In this document: positions 1 through 11,659 of the stretch, in pieces
How the letters are laid out: each line of letters starts with the position of its first letter
Position numbering within the stretch: the stretch's first letter is position 1
DNA from: Camelus ferus
Lineage: Eukaryota
Assembly (NCBI RefSeq): GCF_009834535.1
Contig: NC_045696.1
Location: 113,896,001 to 113,960,000, forward strand
DNA: 64,000 nt
Direction of reading: 5' to 3'
Made by a program: the position numbers and the translations under genes
The notes under the pieces: generated by a model
Databases searched by the model: none
What the model saw: the letters and a program-made list of their open reading frames with translations, nothing else
Told to the model about the DNA's origin: nothing

Positions 1-354
1 GGAAGGTTTTTCTCTTTATAGTGGTTATTACAAAAAAGGGGTTTTCAGAGACTAAAAATCTGTTTATACTGTTTTACTGTCCCTGCAAAACTCATTTAAG
101 AAGCCATCCAAAGATATGTCAGGAATGGTAATAAATCTGTAAAGTCCACATGCGACTCTTAAGATAGCTCTATTAAGTGTAATGTTATCTAAGAAAAGGA
201 CAATATAATTAACAGCTCAAGAGAAATCAGAGAATTTTTAATGGTTACAATCTATCCATAGTAAGCATATCACACTGGACTCACACCATCTCCCAAGAAG
301 AACAAAAATTGGAGACCACATATGTTATTAAGTAAAGGAAAAATCTTAACAGGA

Positions 355-425
355 AAAAAGCAAAAAAAAAAAAAAAAAAAAAACCCAAAAAACCAAAAAA
401 ACCCAAAACACCAAACAAAAAAAAC
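355..425. repeat. A-rich low-complexity tract (poly-A plus A(n)CC units)
   Basis: Directly visible A run followed by AAAAAACC-type repeats. Confidence 0.9.
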
Positions 426-601
426 ACTAATGGTCTGATTATTCAAATTTTAAAATCTATTAAGTTATGCTATCGAATACCTTTCATATAGTGAGCTCAC
501 AAACAAAATTTGCTGATTTCCTTTTAAACTGTAAAAACCAATTTTCCTCCACATTGGACTCAACTTATATACTCCAAAAAGCATGATTCTTTGGTGAAGA
601 G

Positions 602-820
602 CAGTGGTTTTCAAATAGTGCTGTTTTAAGTTATTTCAAGGACTCTCCCTTTTCGCTACCCTTTCTCAGAGGAGGAGGGGCTATTTTAGTGAGGATTCAG
701 CCATGTATTCCTACCCCAAATGGAGCAGCCCAGCTTTTACATGTGCTGGAGTTTGGGATCAATTCTGTCTGGACAAAGAGTTCTGCAGCTTAAAAAAGAA
801 CCTCACACCCAAAAACACTG
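602..820 (+). mobile_element. hAT-Charlie MITE, MER103C-like
   Basis: Starts CAGTGGTTTTCAAA, internal GAGCAGC..GCTTTTA and AAAGAGTTCTGCAGCTTAAAAAAG, ends AAAAACACTG. Confidence 0.65.
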
Positions 821-2124
821 TAAACAATTTACAAGCTGATTTTTATCTCCTTTTTTCTGCATTTCCCTCACCCACCACCGCCCCACGTATACTAACATTT
901 CCTACCCTTCAGATCCAGAGTGGGTAAGAGTGAGGGCAGGAGGTGGGAAAGGGCTGGGGGAAGAAAAGGAAGAGAGGGCATTGCTGTTTAAGCTCCTCGT
1001 TAGATGTCAGCATTCTACCGAAGGGGAGGACGCACTGACCGGGAGGCGGAAGGCATTTGAGCAGCTTCAGAGGTGGGGCTCTATGTGAACAAAATTTGTT
1101 TTCAGGAGCACGTGTCAGTGTCAGTGTCACTTCAGGACCGGAGGGGCCCCACTACCACATGTGCTCTTTGTCCTCGCTTAACAAGAGTGGCCACAGTGAC
1201 AGTGAGGACACCAGTGCTTCTAGAACGCCAGGCAAGAGGGCTGTCATTATCTTTGTTCCCACATCCATGGTTGCTGATAAGAGTAACAAAACAGTCACAT
1301 CACTATGGATTATTTTCTTTCAAAAAACTGTAAAGGAAACCTAATTCCATTAATGCAGTAACAGTGGCCAGTGTTCTCAAATTGCCTTTTCAATGCCTCA
1401 CAAGTTCCTGGAAATGTATCAAAATTCTATTAGCATGTAAAACCCTCCGATTAATTCACAAGGCTCTACTGAACATCTTTCCCACAGTGTTTAGACAATA
1501 TATTTAATTCCTATAATGATATAAAAAAAAGTTGGCTAATATATTAAAACATCTATGAAGATTTGGAATTCAGTTAGAAAGTTTCTGGATGATTCTTAAA
1601 CTATATAGTATTTGGGTCTTTTTTCCTTTTCATCACCAAAGAAATTAGATTCTTTTTTAGACAAGAAGGCTTTTTTTATTTTAGTTTTAATAACCAAATT
1701 TTGCTTTCCTCTTCTTACACAAAGAAAAGGTATATTCTTATGGTAATTTATTTGTGAGGATGGAGACAGAGGAAGGAGAAAGAGGAGCAATAATCTAGAG
1801 GGAAAAAGCACACCCTTTGCTAAAATGGAATAAATGGATTTAGTGTCTCCTGTGAGAACATGATATACAGATGTGAAAGTTAAAGTATTCAAATAATGAT
1901 AATTTTTTTTCATTAAAAGATGAAATAGGCACCTTAGGATCTGTTTGTTCTCCACTGCTCATCAGTAATACCCACCTGTTATACACAACACAAAAAAAAA
2001 AAAGCCGAATGACAGCATCTTAATGAATAAAGTCCCTTCATAGATTTCAAAAAATGAGTTAAGCAGCTGGTGTTAGGTCCACGACCTAACATGCTAATGG
2101 AAACCTCGTAGGAGCAAGTGCTTC

Positions 2125-2310
2125 CTGGACAGACCTCAGTTTGAATTCTAGCTTAGCTGTGACTTTAGGTGAGTAATTTAACCTCTTTGAGGCTTATTTT
2201 TTCTCACATACAAAGAGTATGCTTAACCTGTAGAGCCCGTTGTGAGGATTATAAATAATGTGGGCAAAGTATCCAGTAGAGGGGCGTGTACTAGGCTCTT
2301 AGTATACGTC
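2125..2310 (+). mobile_element. MIR SINE
   Basis: TTAGCTGTGACTTTAGGTGAGTAATTTAACCTCT...GTTGTGAGGATTA core. Confidence 0.8.
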
Positions 2311-2688
2311 ACAAAATTAAAAGTCTTCAGTTAACTGAATCTTTAATAAATAACAGGAAGAAAAACAAGGGAATTGCAAACCACTGAAAAGTTATCAACA
2401 CTTCAGCAAACATAAAAAATAAATTACACAGTGATGCAGAATTTCAAGCGATGCAATCCCAGCATTAGTAGCTGAGAAACTGTGAATGGAAGGTTCTTGG
2501 TGTGTGAGCCTTAGCGGAGGAAAGTGAAGGCTGGCTGGGGGCAACCATTCCCTGAGGCAGCCCGCTGTTTCTCTGACCCTCCCTCCTGAGAAACATTCAG
2601 GTCAGCATCTTCCAACAGCCCACAGAGCACGGTCCCGAATGGACCTCCATCACATTAAACAAAACGAATTCTTAGCAAGTGGACTCAC

Positions 2689-2763
2689 CTATCTGACATT
2701 TTCTCTTCCATCATTCTTTGACACAGGCTTAAAATCTCAAAGTGGTTTTTTAAATACCGAAGC
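2689..2763 (-). other. Candidate 75-nt internal exon of an unidentified minus-strand transcript
   Basis: Minus strand reads aattttgtcag|G ... TAG|gtgagt; splice signals only. Confidence 0.3.
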
Positions 2764-2935
2764 CTGACAAAATTATCTTTGTCATCTCTCAAGCAATTAT
2801 CTCAGAATCTTTTCAAGTCTGTTCTCCAACCTCCAATTTTGTGTAAAGATACCCCAAAGATCAATTTTCCTCCCAGCCCACCTGTCTCATCTCACTCCAC
2901 TGCTGTCCAGCTCCCGTGCACGCTGCTGTTTTCTG

Positions 2936-3085
2936 CAGTTTCTCAAGGGAGCTCTTTGGGCTGCAGACTCATCCACTCAGTTGTTAGATGCCCTGGCCAA
3001 ATCCACACCCACCTGGGAAAGTGGGATCCGGCATTTCACAAACTTCCTAATTGGTTCTTATGTACACAGAAGCTTGTGAACTACT
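2936..3085. mobile_element. MER5-family hAT-Charlie MITE (degraded)
   Basis: CAGTTTCTCAA start; GCATTTCACAAACTTCC..TTCTTATGTACAC..AGCTTGTGAACTACT end. Confidence 0.55.
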
Positions 3086-3127
3086 AACTATAAGATAAAT
3101 AAATCTCACCACCACTAGGAATAAAAA

Positions 3128-3340
3128 ACCAACATTATTAAATGCTTCATGTGGGCCAAGCACTGGTCTAAGAGCTTCATGTGGATAAACCTGTTCAATC
3201 CTCACAACATCCCTATGTGGCAGCTGTTATGTTATCACTGTCTGCACTTGACGCTTCAGGAACAAGGCAGAGAAAGGTTAAGTAACTTGCCCTGGGTGCT
3301 CACACAGCCGGAAAGGGGTGGGCATAGATTAAGCTTAGGG
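3128..3340 (-). mobile_element. MIR SINE
   Basis: AATCCTCACAACATCCCTATG...AGAGAAAGGTTAAGTAACTTGCCC (antisense core). Confidence 0.85.
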
Positions 3341-3499
3341 AGTCTGCACCTTGTTCTTTGTTCTTCAGCACCGCACAGACTGCTTCAGGCTATCATTCAA
3401 GGGCCCTGAGTCTCAAAACCTAGCCTTTCCAGAATAAATTCCCACTACCACCAGGATGAATGTGCTCCTTCATCTAGGCAGATTCTCATGTTTCACTGA

Positions 3500-3900
3500 G
3501 GTCATCAGAATCTCTAAATGAAACTGAGTTAAGTAAAGAGGGCATTCATTGCGTTACTTATTGTAAAGCCAAGAGAGCAAACTCGAGGGCTCTGGCTCCA
3601 TGTCTCTGGCCCTCTTCCTTCTTTGTGATGGTTTCATCTTCCATCTGGCAGCAGGACAGTGCCAGGAGTTCCAATCCTTACACCCAGGCAGGACTATCTC
3701 CAAAGGAGGGTGAGAGAGCAACCTCTTCTGTGTTCTCTTTTACGGATGGGAGGAAAACACCTCCAGACCTCACTCAGCTAACTTCCCCTCATGTCTCATT
3801 GCTCAGGCCAATCCACACGGGAAATGAGACTCTTATGAATGGCTTGGACAAATTACTGGGGTAGAATGAATGTCAGGGTCAACTGTTATGACCACTACAC
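3500..3900 (-). mobile_element. MaLR LTR (old MLT1 type)
   Basis: AACTGAGTTAAGTAAAGAGGGCATTCATTG...ACTTCCCCTCATGTCTCATTG...ATGGCTTGGACAAAT motifs. Confidence 0.6.
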
Positions 3901-4039
3901 TCATTTTTCTACATTTGGACATCCTGTATGCCTATCTAGAAAATTCCCCCTTCTTTCTTCCACGGTCTCCATTCCTCTGAACTTAGCTGTATTTTCCAAA
4001 CCTCACAGAGTGTCAGGTATGAAGCTGACTCTACTGGAG

Positions 4040-4915
4040 ACCTGGAGATAAACTGGCAAGCTAGACTGACACAGTCCCTGCCTTCACGGAGCTTACCTTC
4101 TAGAATGGCAGCAGACAAAACCCAAAAAGCAGACCAAATGAGAATTATAAATTAAAAAAGTAACAGATAGGGGGAGACAGAGCTATTTCAGTGATGCGGT
4201 GGTGAAGAAAAGCCTCAGGTTACAGGGATACTTAAGCTGAGACCTACAGAGTGAGAAGGGCCAGGCAAGAAGTGGGAGGGACTGAGAACGTTCAAGGTCC
4301 CGGAGAGGGGACTTACTGGGGAGAGGTCCTCAAGTTGATCAGGAGAAGAGTGGGAGGATGAGGACTGGGAGGCCAGGTCCCATTGGGTCTTCAAGGGCCT
4401 GGCAGGGAGCTGAGAGTTAGATTTTATCTCAAGCATTATGGGGCGTCACTAGACAGAGAAAATCCCCCTTCTATTTCATGAAGTTTACTTGGCTACTCTG
4501 TAGAGTCTGGATGGGGGGCAGGGGGTAAGAACGCAAGCAAGCAAGGGAACGGGATGCTGGGAAGAGGAGACAATCAGGTGATTTATTTTGTAGGACCCAG
4601 TGGGGAATAGCACAGGGGGATGAGGGACAGGTAAAAACTGATTCCTGGAGTTCTGGCTTGAGCTACTGGGTGAATGGTGTGCTATTATGAGTTGGGAAAA
4701 GATAGGGGCGGGGAGAGCTGTAAGAGTCTGGAGAGTAAAATCAATTGCTCCCTCTTAACATGTAAAATTTGAGATGCTTGCAAAATGTCCAAATGAAAAC
4801 ATCTAGCAGGCAGTGGCACGGGTGGATATGGAGCTCTGGAGAGAAAACAGAGTTGGGTGTATACACACAATACCTACATACATATGTGTATACACTTGGA
4901 AGTCATCAGCACGAG
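4040..4915 (-). mobile_element. L2 LINE fragment
   Basis: ACAGTCCCTGCCTTCACGGAGCTTACCTTCTAG, TTAAGCTGAGACCT, TTCTGGCTTGAGCTACTGGGTGAATGGTG. Confidence 0.85.
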
Positions 4916-4924
4916 AAGTTCTAC

Positions 4925-6540
4925 CATGACGACCATGGTGTGCAGTTTTGGGGGCATTTATCCTGCCTGGTGTTCTCTGAGCTTCCTGGATCTGTAGTTT
5001 TGATGTCTGCCATTAATTTGGGGCCATTCTGTCATTATTGCTTCAAATATTTCTTTGTTTTTTTTTTTTTTCCCTCTTTCTTCTCCTTACTCGTATTTCC
5101 ATTATATGAATACTATGAATATTTCTGTAGTTGTCCCATGGTTCCTGGATATTCTGTCCTGTTTTTTCCAGTCCTTGTTCTCTTTGCTTTTCTTTCTGGA
5201 AATACCCTCAAGCTTAGAGATTCTCTCCTCAGCCGTATGTAGTCTACTACTACTGAGTCCACTAAAAGCATTCTTCACTTCTGTTGCAGTGTCTTAGACC
5301 TTTAGCAGTTCTTTCTGGTTCTTTCTTAGAATTTCCCCCTCTCTGTTTACAGTGCCCGTCTGTTCTTGCAGCACCTCTATTTCAGCCACTAGAGCCCTTA
5401 GCATTTTAATCATAGTTTGTTTTCAATTTCCAGTCTGATAATTCCAATATCCCTGCCATACTGGAGTCTGGTGGGGAGGGGATAGCTCGGGTGGTAGAGC
5501 ACATGCTTAGCATGCAGGAGGTCCTGGGTTCAATCCCACTACCTCCTCTAAAAATAAATAAACCTAATCGCTTTGCCCCAGCCAAAAAAAAATTTTTTTT
5601 AAAAGAGAGGGTATAGCTCAGTGATAAAAGTGTGCCCTTAGCATGCACGAGGTCCTGGGTTCAAACCCCAGTGCCTCCGTGTAAATAAATAAACCTAATT
5701 ACTTACCCCCTAAAAAATAAATAAATATACTGGAGTCTGGTTCTTTCACTTGTTCTGTCTCTTCAACCCGTGTTTTTTTTTTTTTTTTTTTTTTTTTATC
5801 TTCTAGTATGCCTTGTGTATCTTTCTTGATAGCTGGATGTGCTGTGCCAGGTAAAGGGACCTGCTTCCAGGGGGCCTTTAGTAACGCAGGGATGAGGTGT
5901 AGGAGAGGGGGTGGCTCTACAGTCGTATGATTAGATCAACCTTTCAGGGAGCCTTTGCCTCTGAATTGTGAGCTTCATTGCTTCTCAGCTTTCCCCGGCT
6001 TAGGTAGGCCAGCACAATGAGAGTGGGCTGGAGTTAAGTATTTCCTCCCCCAGGTCAGTTAGGCTCTGATAAGCCCCCAGTAGCTTAGGCTCTGATAAAT
6101 AATTCCTCTTGCAGATGGCCTTTGTTACAAAGAATAGAATGCTCTGGAGAATTTCAAAATGGTTCTTTTCCCCCTCCCTCTGTCAGGAGCATGAGAGCTT
6201 CCCTGTGAGACCCTAGTCAAGCTCCTGGAGGTAAAACCACAGAATTGTGGGGGCCATCATGACTGGGCTTTTTCACTCTCAGACTTGTTCACTCTGAACC
6301 TCTGAACCTTCAGCAGTGCATCAATTACAGGACTGGTTTCCACAGAGGCTTCTGCTCCAGTAAGTTGTGATTCTCTGTATCTGCCTGTCTGTCTCTCTAA
6401 TTCAGGGGGCAACAGTTTGCCTTCTCTGACTCCTCTGACAGATATAAGGAAAGTTGTTGATTTTTTTTTTCAGCTTTTTACTTGTTAGTGCAGAATGATG
6501 ACATGCAAGCTCCTTACAGGCTGGACCAGAAACTGGACGT
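4925..6540 (-). mobile_element. Old L1 (L1MC/L1MD-type) 5' region, interrupted by a SINE dimer
   Basis: GGTGTTCTCTGAGCTTCCTGGATCTGTAGTTTTGATGTCTGCCATTAATTTGGG and downstream antisense L1MC-type 5' motifs. Confidence 0.75.
5473..5726 (+). mobile_element. Two head-to-tail tRNA-derived Vic-1-type camelid SINE units inside one 15-bp TSD
   Basis: Each unit has GATAGCTC/TATAGCTC..GTG (A box), GGTTCAA(T/A)CCC (B box) and AAATAAATAAACCTAAT; TSD ATACTGGAGTCTGGT at 5458-5472 and 5727-5741. Confidence 0.9.
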
Positions 6541-6564
6541 CTCTTCGTTTTTTAAGTTACAAAT

Positions 6565-6720
6565 TTTGGGGACAGATGGGATTTTAGAGATGATTTTGTT
6601 GAATCTTTTCTTGTTAAAGACAAGCAAGCATGGAGAGAGGAAAGTTAAATGGCTTGTCCAAGTACCCAGAGCTACTTAAAGGCATCAGAACCTGGTTCAA
6701 CTTCAGTAGTCCTTACTTCC
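6565..6720 (-). mobile_element. MIR-family SINE (degraded)
   Basis: GAGAGGAAAGTTAAATGGCTTGTCCAAGTACCCAGAGCTA. Confidence 0.6.
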
Positions 6721-6754
6721 TACTTGCAACTCAAAAGCAGCTCTAACAGTATTA

Positions 6755-6930
6755 CAGCTATGTTTATTGTTTAAAGATAAAGAGTCCTTTCTTAGAGAGA
6801 CACATGCTGAAATATGTACAAGGGAATGATGTGAAGCCTGGGATTTGCTCTGAAATCTGAAGTGAGATGAGAGTGGGAAGGGGTATAGTTTCGCCGTGTG
6901 CTGATCATGTGATGGGAAAACAGACTTGAT
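6755..6930 (+). mobile_element. Old L1M 3' end fragment
   Basis: AGAGTCCTTTCTTAGAGAGACACATGCTGAAATATGTAC..GATG..CTGGGATTTGCT. Confidence 0.6.
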
Positions 6931-7716
6931 TTAGAATTGATGCTGTTATTGGAAGGCTTGTAAGTAAAGCTGATACCAACTCACTTGGCTTAGTTCATCC
7001 ACCAAACCCTAGAAGTAACAGCAACTCTACCAATTATAAATCAAATTGATTTATATAAAAATCACAGTCATACATCTCCAAACTTCTCCATAGTTATCAC
7101 AGAACCTCAGCCCCAGCTGAGATCAAGCTGACATAATACTTAACTATGAACCTCTCAGACAATACGGCAACTCAATTTGCTTTTTCATTCTCAAATAAAA
7201 TATTTTGCCTGCAGCAGAGGAACTTTCATTAATGGTACAATGTGCACAAGACTGTAAAAAAGAATGCTCATTAATCCAAACAATAGGATTAAATTTTCTA
7301 TATTTTACCCTCAGAAACCAGAAGAAAAAGCCATCGAATTCAGTACCTATTAAGGAAAATACAGGAAAATCAAAAAGGTATTCAAGTCTGTTAATATTTG
7401 CTCTCCACGGAAGAAGGCTACCCAGTCCTCCATTAGAGGAGATCCATCAGTTGACTGCTTCTTTAATGTCTGATTGTAGATAAATGAATTCAGTTAGGAA
7501 ATCACTTGTACCCTTAATATGATAACTACAAGTCTTTCATGTCTTTTCATTAATCTTGTACTATAAATTATGTAGTCTTTGCTTTATTTCTTAAGACTTA
7601 TCTGGTTGAATATAGAAAAGCTTAAAGATTCACGTCTTATTTAATTGGGTATTTTCTGTAGAGCTTAGCACAGTAAATAACTACCGAATTAAATAAAGTT
7701 ATCAAACAGTACTTAC

Positions 7717-8063
7717 CTTTCCAAATTTGTCAGGGAAGAAAAGCTTGAAGGGAAACTCTTAAAATATCCACTCACTCTCAAAATTCCCAGTAGTGGACCC
7801 TCTCACAATTCAAGAGGTCAACCACCAGACAGCCTAAGCCAGGCGAAATGAGCCTCCCTGAGCACCGTGAATTGAAGGAGGGGGTGGTTCTGTTTTCTGC
7901 ATGCCACAGCTAAGGCATGGGCTTTAGTCTTGCAGATAGGTAGCACTGGAACCCATGTACCACTGACCTTAAGAGCACTGGGATCTTGTACTACTGATCT
8001 TCAGATTCAAGAAGGGATGTGGGATTTACGACTATGTTCTCACTGATAACATTCATGAGTATC
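7717..8063 (-). ncRNA. Candidate 347-nt non-coding exon
   Basis: Minus strand gtctttcttag|G acceptor and consensus AAG|gtaagt donor; non-repetitive; no long ORF. Confidence 0.5.
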
Positions 8064-8650
8064 CTAAGAAAGACTTCATACATGTTGCAAAAGTGTAATT
8101 GCCCGTATTCCAGTTTAAGATAATGTATTTTAAGCACCTGGTACCTATGATAATAACTGACTTAGAAATGAATAAATCCACTGGTCAGGCAAACATGATA
8201 CAGATTACAGCCTTAGTTTGTTGTAAAGTAATTAAAAGCAGTTTTAAGTAAAAGAGGACCAAGAACCCTTATCTAAGCTGGCAATATATTAACTGTCATC
8301 CTGATAAGGGACAAACAATTGTTAAACATTAAAACAAGAGTATGATCTTGAGAAAAGATTATATACAATGAGAAAAAATGAAATAGCAGGGCTTTATTTA
8401 CATATCCTTACTATTAAGATAAGCAATGACAATGTATAGACAATTCCAGTTAAGAATTTAAAAAAAATTATCTTTAGTTCACTTCACATCACTAGTGGGG
8501 TGTACTTCCGAGATACCTGCAGTTAGAGCTGCAATATACTGGCTTTAGTTGAAGCACTACCTATGACACAAGTCTACATGTAGTCAGAAGAATAAAGCAA
8601 TTACAGCTTCAGAGACTCGAAAGCTTTGGCAGAATGCTGTGATTCCTTAC

Positions 8651-8949
8651 CACAGGAGGGACCTTTCAAACAAGAACTGCAAACCAAGGACTCTGCCTCA
8701 CATAGTGTAAGTGGTCAGCAAGAGAACCTAAGTCTTCAAGAGTAACGCACTCCGTCGCCCAGTGTGGGAGGCTGTTCTGTCACTTTTGAACATAAAAGTG
8801 AGCATTGGGCAGAACAGCTAAACAGGGACCTAGGATTTGGTGATTCAAGACTCTCAGGACAGGAAGGAACTTGAAATGTCGCCTTGTCTAAAACCTTCAT
8901 TGTACCTTCCTGACAACTCACCATCCACCATCAACTTGAATGCCGCCTT
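8651..8949 (-). ncRNA. Candidate 299-nt exon (alternative donor gives a 28-nt exon, 8922-8949)
   Basis: Acceptor atatttgttttag|A; donors GTG|gtaagg (8651) and ATG|gtgagt (8922). Confidence 0.35.
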
Positions 8950-8982
8950 CTAAAACAAATATTTCCAAAACAAACAGCCTAT

Positions 8983-9222
8983 ATAGTTAGCCCTCCACAT
9001 ATCCGTGGATTCAATCAACTACAGATCGAAAATATTTGGGGAAAAAAAATTCCAGAAAGTTCCACAAAGAAAAACTTAAATTTGCTGTGTCCAGCAGCTA
9101 TTGACATAGTAATCATAACTATTTACATAACATTTACATTGTATTTGGTATTATAAGTAATCTAGAGATGATTTACAGGATAGGGGAGCAGGTGCACAGG
9201 TTACATGCAAACACTATGCATT
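8983..9222 (+). mobile_element. MER2 (TcMar-Tigger MITE), one end missing
   Basis: ATCCGTGGATTCAATCAACTACAGATCGAAAATATTTG...ATTTACATTGTATTTGGTATTATAAGTAATCTAGAGATGATTTA. Confidence 0.85.
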
Positions 9223-9264
9223 AATGTTTCCACTCACTGACCAACAAATCTCCTGGTCTTTAGG

Positions 9265-9402
9265 TGAGTCAATTTCTGTTTTGTAAATAAGTTCATTTGT
9301 ATAATTTTTTTTTTTAGATTCCACATGTAAATGATACCATATAATATTTGTCTTTGAATTGCTTCACTTAGTATGATAATCTTTAGGTCATCCATATTGC
9401 TG

Positions 9403-9445
<43 letters not shown>

Positions 9446-10519
9446 CCTACCTACCTATCTATCTATCTATCTCACATCTTCTTTATCCAATTATCTGTCA
9501 ATGGACATTTACGTTGCTTCCATGACTTGGCTATTGTAGCTAGTGCTGCTATGAACACTGGGGAGCATGTATCTTTTTGAATTAGAGTTTTCATCTTTTC
9601 TGGATATACGCCCAGGAGTGAGATTGCTGGATCACATGGTAGCTCTATTAGTTTTTTAAGGCACCTCCATACTGTTCTCCATAGTGACTGTACCAAATTA
9701 CATTCCCACCAACAGTGTAGGAGGGTTCCCTTTTCTCCACATCGTCTCCAGCATTTATTATTTGTAGACTTTTTGATGATGGCCATTCTGACTGGTGTGA
9801 GGTGATACCTCATTGTAATTCTGATGTGCATTTCTCTAATAATTAGAAATACTAAGAATCTTTCATGTGCCTGTTGGCCATCTGTATGTCTTCTTTGGAG
9901 AAATGTTTATTTAGGCTTTCTGCCCATGTTTGATTGGGTTATTTGTTTTTTTGATATTGAGCTGTATAAGCTGTTTGAATATTTTGGAAATTAATCCCTT
10001 GTCTGTTGCATCATTTGCAAATATTTTCTCCCACTCTGTAGATTGTCTTTTCATTTTATTTATGATTTCCTTTGCTGTGCAAAAGCTTTTAAGTTTAATT
10101 AGGTTCCACTTATTTTTGCTTTTAATTTCATTACTCTAGGAGATGGATCCAAAAAAATATTGCTGTGATTTATGTCAAAGAGTGTTCTGCCTGTTTTCCT
10201 CTAGTAGTTCTATAGCATTTGGTCCTACATTTAGGTCTTTAATCAATTTTGAGTAATTTTTGTATATGGCATTAGAGAATGTTCTAATTTCATTCTTTTA
10301 CATATAGCTGTCCAGTTTTCCCAGCACCACTTATTTAAGAGACTATCTTTTCTCCATTGTGTATTCTTGCTTCCTTTGTCATGGATTAACTGAGCGTAAG
10401 TGCATGGGTTTCTATCCTGGGCTTTCTATCCTGTTCTATTGATCTAAGTGTCTGTTTTTGTGCTAGTACCACACTGTTTTAATTACTATAGTTTTGTAGT
10501 GTAGTCTGAAGTCAGGGAA
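9265..10519 (-). mobile_element. L1 fragment (ORF2 C-terminal region plus part of 3' UTR)
   Basis: ORF 9472-9831(-) [37 protein letters not shown] is the L1 ORF2 cysteine-rich end. Confidence 0.95.
9404..9472. repeat. Compound (TCTA)n/(CCTA)n tetranucleotide microsatellite
   Basis: Directly visible. Confidence 0.97.
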
Positions 10520-10779
10520 GTTTCACCTTTTAAATTAGCATAAGACCATCTCCTAGGCCAGCCAGGTATAACAGACTGTACTAGATACAGATCATTACCT
10601 ATTTACATAGGAGTTTATGTCTACCACAAACACGTATAAAATATTTTCTGTTGCTTTTCTGTTTAAATGATCTGAGAATTACTCTGACCTATTAACTGAC
10701 CCTCAAGCTAACAGAGAAATACCCCATAGAACAATCCTATGAGATGCTAAACACTATTAGTTCCCACATTATAAGGTAG

Positions 10780-10990
10780 GCCATGACCCTTTGGAAGAGT
10801 TTTAACTTTCAGAGAAGTTCTCCCTAATACTAAACCAAAATCTTGCTTCCTCACTTGAAAGCCAAGGGAATAAGGATGCTACTTCTTCTCTCTGATCCAC
10901 AGGACCTTCTTTCTACATGTCTGAAAACATTCTTATTATCTTCCTCAAGTTTACTCTGTTCCTGACAAGGCAACATCTAGTCTGTAATTT
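10780..10990 (-). mobile_element. L3/CR1 fragment (ancient)
   Basis: AGAAGTTCTCCCTAATACTAAACCAAAATCT...TTCTACATGTCTGAAAACA resembles the antisense CR1 3' region. Confidence 0.45.
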
Positions 10991-11659
10991 CTGTGGTCCT
11001 CATTACAAAGCCAGAAACACATACACATAAAGGCCATTCTTCCCCTGGAAAGAAGGGGAGTTTGGGGAGAAGATTTCATAGAAGCAAGATGTAAACCAAA
11101 TTTCAAACATACATATCAACAGATATATCGTGACTCAACACTTCGTGGATATTCTTGCCTCTTTACAAGTGGTTCTGACAAGACATGTCATGGAAGTTAG
11201 AACTATCAACATCATTTGTCCCTACACTACAGATTCCCCTACAAAGAACAGTCACGACAAACTATGTGGCATTGCTGATTACAAGTATCTGTTCCCTACA
11301 TTATTCTCCAGTGCTTCCAACTACTTTAAGCTTCAGTTCCAACACCCATATAAAAGAGCTTCGTATGGACTTTATCTGTACATCTTAAGAACATGATGTG
11401 ACTCTGACTATGGGATTATCATTTAAAACTACTTTTCCAAATCACATAATCATAAAACTTGAGAGACTGAAAGACCTCTTTTGTAAGTTTATAATCCAAT
11501 TCCTTCATTTTACTGAAGAGGAGACTCAGTAAGCAGTTATAAAGTTCCTTCTGGGAAATCTAACCCATTTATACTTTCATTAAGCATTTACTGGGCTCCT
11601 ACTATGTGCAATGCACTATGCTGGATGTTATAGAGGTTATAATAAGAATACTTATATTT

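Noticed and set aside
4769..5242. 157-aa ORF
   Set aside because: Spans an L2/L1 junction in antisense orientation
5473..5545. tRNA genes
   Set aside because: tRNA-like heads belong to SINEs with A-rich tails and TSDs
7820..7889. Hammerhead ribozyme (three-way junction with stem followed by CGAAA)
   Set aside because: CUGANGA core is absent (CAGACAG instead) and there is no stem III/UH cleavage site
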